DNA of 63,575 nt, counting the filler, from Diploschistes diacapsis (lineage: Eukaryota): NCBI GenBank assembly GCA_023645945.1. It is 22 parts of 22 records of this genome, joined end to end, with 100 filler letters (N's around TTAATTAATTAA, not from the genome) between each part and the next. Parts side by side here need not be neighbours in the genome. Positions count along the whole stretch, not along the records: positions 59,939 to 61,084 come from JALAIB010003808.1; positions 61,185 to 62,330 come from JALAIB010003809.1; positions 62,431 to 63,575 come from JALAIB010003810.1; 19 more parts are not named here. One strand, written 5' to 3'. The notes beneath the pieces were generated by a model. That model searched no databases. It worked only from the letters and a program-made list of their open reading frames with translations, and had not been told where the DNA came from. The translations under genes and the position numbers were made by a program. This document shows, piece by piece, positions 60,331 to 63,575 of this stretch. The first letter of the stretch is position 1. Every line of letters begins with the position of its first letter.

Positions 60331-60752
60331 TGAAACAGCCCAGCTCAGGGGCCTGTCAAGCCACGACAGGGTTAATGCCCAGGGGCTTGCCAAGCCACGG
60401 CAGGGTTAGTGCCCAGGGGCTTGCCAAGCCACGGCAGGGTTAGTGCCCAGGGGCTTGCCAAGCCACGGCAGGGTTAATGCCCAGATGCTTGTCAAGCCAC
60501 GGCAGGGTTAATGCCCAAATGCTTGCCAAGACACGGCAGGGTTAGGAAATGGCTGTATAGATGGGTAATCCCCGAACCCCGGTAGGTCTGGCACCCACAC
60601 TACTTAACGGTGCTTTCCTTTCATTTAGATAGTTTCTTTTTTAGCTTTTCGAATCGAGACCTTTTATCTGTAGATGCCTAAGCTACACCTAACCCTTCCG
60701 GATCAGGCCCAGCCCCCGGTAGAGTAGCATCCTTTCCTGCGCTGGCGTTTCA
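60331..60752 (+). mobile_element. LTR family A, 422 bp, with 5+ tandem 34-bp units
   Basis: TGAAAC...GTTTCA inverted termini; PPT AAAAAGGAGGGTAA directly upstream; upstream sequence homologous to 38709-38937. Confidence 0.85.
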
Positions 60753-60837
60753 TAAGGATCCGGATTTCTTCCCGTTTTTGCTATCTTATAGTAAATCAGT
60801 CAATAGGTTTATTATTTTGGAATATGTATGAATTAAT

Positions 60838-61084
60838 TAGGCTGGCCGTTTCGTGCCACGGACACTTCTACGGACACTACCGAGAAAATTTTTAAAACAC
60901 GATACTGCCACGGACACTATCGTTAAAATTTTAAAACACGGATACTTCCACGGATAATATATTGTAATAAAAGCACGGACACGGATACTACGATTAAAAA
61001 AATTTTAACACGGATACTTCTACGGACATTACCGCTAAAATTTTTAAAACACGATACTATCACGGATATTATATTATAATAAAT
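60838..61084 (+). mobile_element. hAT family element, left part
   Basis: Starts TAGGCTGGCCGTTTCGTGCCACGG. Confidence 0.82.
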
Positions 61085-61184
61085 NNNNNNNNNNNNNNNN
61101 NNNNNNNNNNNNNNNNNNNNNNNNNNNNTTAATTAATTAANNNNNNNNNNNNNNNNNNNNNNNNNNNNNNNNNNNNNNNNNNNN

Positions 61185-61371
61185 CACGGTAATGTTTCGG
61201 TGAATTTACTATAATATAATATCCGTGGAAGTGTCCGTGTTTTAAATTTTTTAGCCGTAGTGTCCGTGTCCGTGCTTTTACTGTAGTGTAGTGTCCGTGG
61301 AAGTGTCCGTGCCGAGAAAATTTTCTCGGTAGTGTCCGTGTCAGTGACCGTGGCACGCAACGGCCAGCCTA
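61185..61371 (-). mobile_element. hAT family element end
   Basis: GTGTCCGT repeats ending ACGGCCAGCCTA. Confidence 0.82.
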
Positions 61372-61847
61372 GTATATGCATACCGAGCGGACACTTATAA
61401 TGAACGGATACCTCCTATTCGATTTTACGAACTTTTAATTTTGGTATCAATTTTCTACGCGTACGATTATGGAATCATTTTTAATTAAAAATAGAATCAA
61501 AATAGCACTTTAAGCTATTAAATAAAACCCAAATCTTAATATAAAACGCGTATTTTAGATAAATAAGATTCCTCGTACAACGCTTATTGCTCGACGCGAT
61601 AATCGTATTTCAAAACATAATATCTTAATTAATATAATAAATTTAACCGTGTTAAAAAAAAGACGATTTTTGATCGTACGATTAATCTAATCGAATATAG
61701 TTTTCCGCCGCGATAAGACGATATACGCGATATAATTAATTTAATGCGCGCAACTCGAAATACGCCGCCGATCGAATCATGATAAATATAAAATTTCATA
61801 TAAAAGCAAGAAACGTTAAAAATACGATTTTAACGTAAAATCGATTA
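61372..61847 (+). mobile_element. Fot1/Pogo transposon 5' part (RIP-mutated transposase, ATG at 61469)
   Basis: RIKIAL*AIK*NPNL...IPRTTL..RRD...FPPR*DDIRDIINL...NFI*KQETLKIRF*RKIDY follows the Fot1 HTH/CENP-B layout. Confidence 0.82.
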
Positions 61848-62192
61848 CATCACGAAAAGTTTTTCAAGCCAAAAAAAATTTCTGGCGAAAGTGCCTGTTC
61901 GCGGGTTTCGCCCATTTCGCCAGCTTTTGCCAAAACGTTTGGCAAAACGTAGCGAAACCGGCGAAGCCGGCGAAACTGGCGAAACTGGCGAAACTGGCGA
62001 AACTGGCGAAGATGGCGAGGCCAATCATCTTTATTACGTAATCATAAAATAAAAAAGCATTTTTTTTTAAATTTTAAAAAAAATTTCGAAAAAAATATTA
62101 AAAAATCCACTAATTTTGCGCCGGATAACTAGCGTTTAAAACTCGCTACAGCTGTCACGCCACGAGTATCCACGCTTACGTAGTATAAAATA
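61848..62192 (+). mobile_element. Tc1-like element terminus with 9-bp tandem repeats, inserted at TA
   Basis: TA then CATCACGAAAAGTTTTT; (GGCGAAACT)n; collinear with the reverse complement of 51765-52036. Confidence 0.8.
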
Positions 62193-62330
62193 TGTAACAG
62201 CGGGGGTAGTGCCTAATAGGGTAGCGCTATCCCACTGAGCCAAAAGACTAACACAATGCTTTCAGGAACCCCGAAGCATTGTTTCCCTATTACACTATAT
62301 GTAGGTGCGTGGCTGTGGCAGCAGGGGGAC
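62193..62330 (-). mobile_element. LTR family D, partial copy
   Basis: TGTAACAGCGGGGGTAGTGCC..., near-identical to the reverse complement of 56788-56651. Confidence 0.85.
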
Positions 62331-62430
62331 NNNNNNNNNNNNNNNNNNNNNNNNNNNNNNNNNNNNNNNNNNNNTTAATTAATTAANNNNNNNNNNNNNN
62401 NNNNNNNNNNNNNNNNNNNNNNNNNNNNNN

Positions 62431-63575
62431 GGAGGAGGAGGAGGAGGAGGAAGAGGAGGAGGAGGAGGAGGTGGTGGTGGTGGTGGTTGTTGTTGATACT
62501 GTCTTTGGTGCAGGAAATGCCTGATCTCGGACAACCACGTGGTGTGCTCATGAATTAGCTCTTGCCTTGTAAACAGCGCATGCAAGCTTGGTTCAATTTC
62601 CACCGGCCGCCCCCGGTACATCCAGTCTTGCAATCTTTCGTGGGCACAATGCAGCTCTTCATATGACGCGCTTCTCAGCCCCGACGTAACCATCTTTCCA
62701 ATCATACGATGTGCATGCAGACAGTCGAGGGGTCCTCTCCGGCATTGTCTGCAATGGAATTCGCTATGCATGTTGTGTATCGATGGATGCATTTGCTCCG
62801 GATGTCCTTGCGGCGGGGCAAATGTCGGAACCGGCGGAAGCGGTGGGTACTGGGCGGAATGAAGATAGTGAGCGTGATGCGGAGGGGGCGGAGGCGGAGG
62901 AGGTGGAGCGTGGTGGGGGTGTCGAGAGTGTTCGGGGTACGATGGCGGTGGAGGGCCCGCTGGCTGGGGTGGAGCAGGTGGCGCACTGTTCCGAACATCG
63001 TCGCGTGCTCTGTCCGGCGCTTGATACAAGGGTGGCCTTATTGTCGGTCTATCGCCGTGCGGCTGGCTCGGGGGCGGAACGGACTGCGCCGAAGGAGGTC
63101 GTTGCTGTTGTGGACTGGGCGCATGGACCTGAGCAGGAGTCGGCATTTCAGTTGGCGGAGGTCGGGGTTCGGAGTTCTTCTGCTCAGCCGACTGCCTCCT
63201 CAATCCCAGTATCCTTTGCAGCTCCGCCTTTCTTCGCGATGTGACTCCCTGCTGCGCGATTCCCCTTCCACGCAAAAAGAGCATTGTGTCCGGCCCGTAT
63301 CTCTGTTCCGCCCCATCGCTCCACTTTCTGAGCAATTCGTAGGCATGCTCCAAATCTTCCGTGGCCGCGAGCGTGGGCTTGCTGAAGACCTTGTCGATAG
63401 CTTGCTGGTCCTTCATCGCTTCCTCGAAGATGGCGTCCCGTGCGGCTTCGCTGTGCATGGGGCGTGCCATATGCGCATGCATGGGCGTTTGCACGAGCGC
63501 CATGTGCGGTGGCAGTGGGAGCGGAGGACGCAGATGATGTGGCGGAGGAGGAAGATGAGGAGGAGGGGGGGGAGG
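62431..63575 (-). CDS. Internal fragment of a Pro/His/Gln-rich protein of unknown family, open at both ends
   Basis: Uninterrupted frame across the whole contig; two helical-looking segments separated by poly-Pro linkers. Confidence 0.6.

Noticed and set aside
60355..60545. 34-bp repeats resembling a CRISPR array (also 38975-39096)
   Set aside because: Units are directly adjacent with no unique spacers, lie inside an LTR in a eukaryotic genome, and no cas genes are present

Overview
Fungal (Pezizomycotina-type) nuclear DNA. The window is an artificial concatenation of 22 contigs joined by 100-nt N-TTAATTAATTAA-N linkers and ordered by decreasing length (19256 and 19252 nt, then twenty of 1152 to 1145 nt), so adjacency across linkers carries no biological meaning. 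The two long contigs are gene-dense, with short GT-AG introns. They encode PTH2, VTI1, a COG2907-type flavoprotein, DPL1, MRPL33, SEC6, DUG1, BUD2-like RasGAP, SPT10 and NOP9. Two decaying accessory islands lie among these genes: (i) a lipase-NACHT-WD40 NLR immune receptor with at least 5 lesions, head-to-head with a dead gene with possible ADP-ribosyltransferase-like motifs, and (ii) a dead PLP decarboxylase, an orphan membrane protein and a dead CYP52-like P450. Four short contigs are GC-rich gene fragments (BCD1, ETR1, ATP20, a Pro-rich orphan). The other short contigs are AT-rich, RIP-mutated nests of Gypsy, Copia, Fot1/Pogo, Tc1-like and hAT elements, several with resolvable TIRs, TSDs, PBS and PPT. 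I found no intact novel multi-gene system. The best leads are the dead NLR/ART-like pair, several apparently lineage-specific TE families (including a 90-bp CAC..GTG MITE upstream of DPL1), a CpG-sparing RIP signature and a putative dual-targeted DUG1. Protein family calls come from motif recognition, not database searches.
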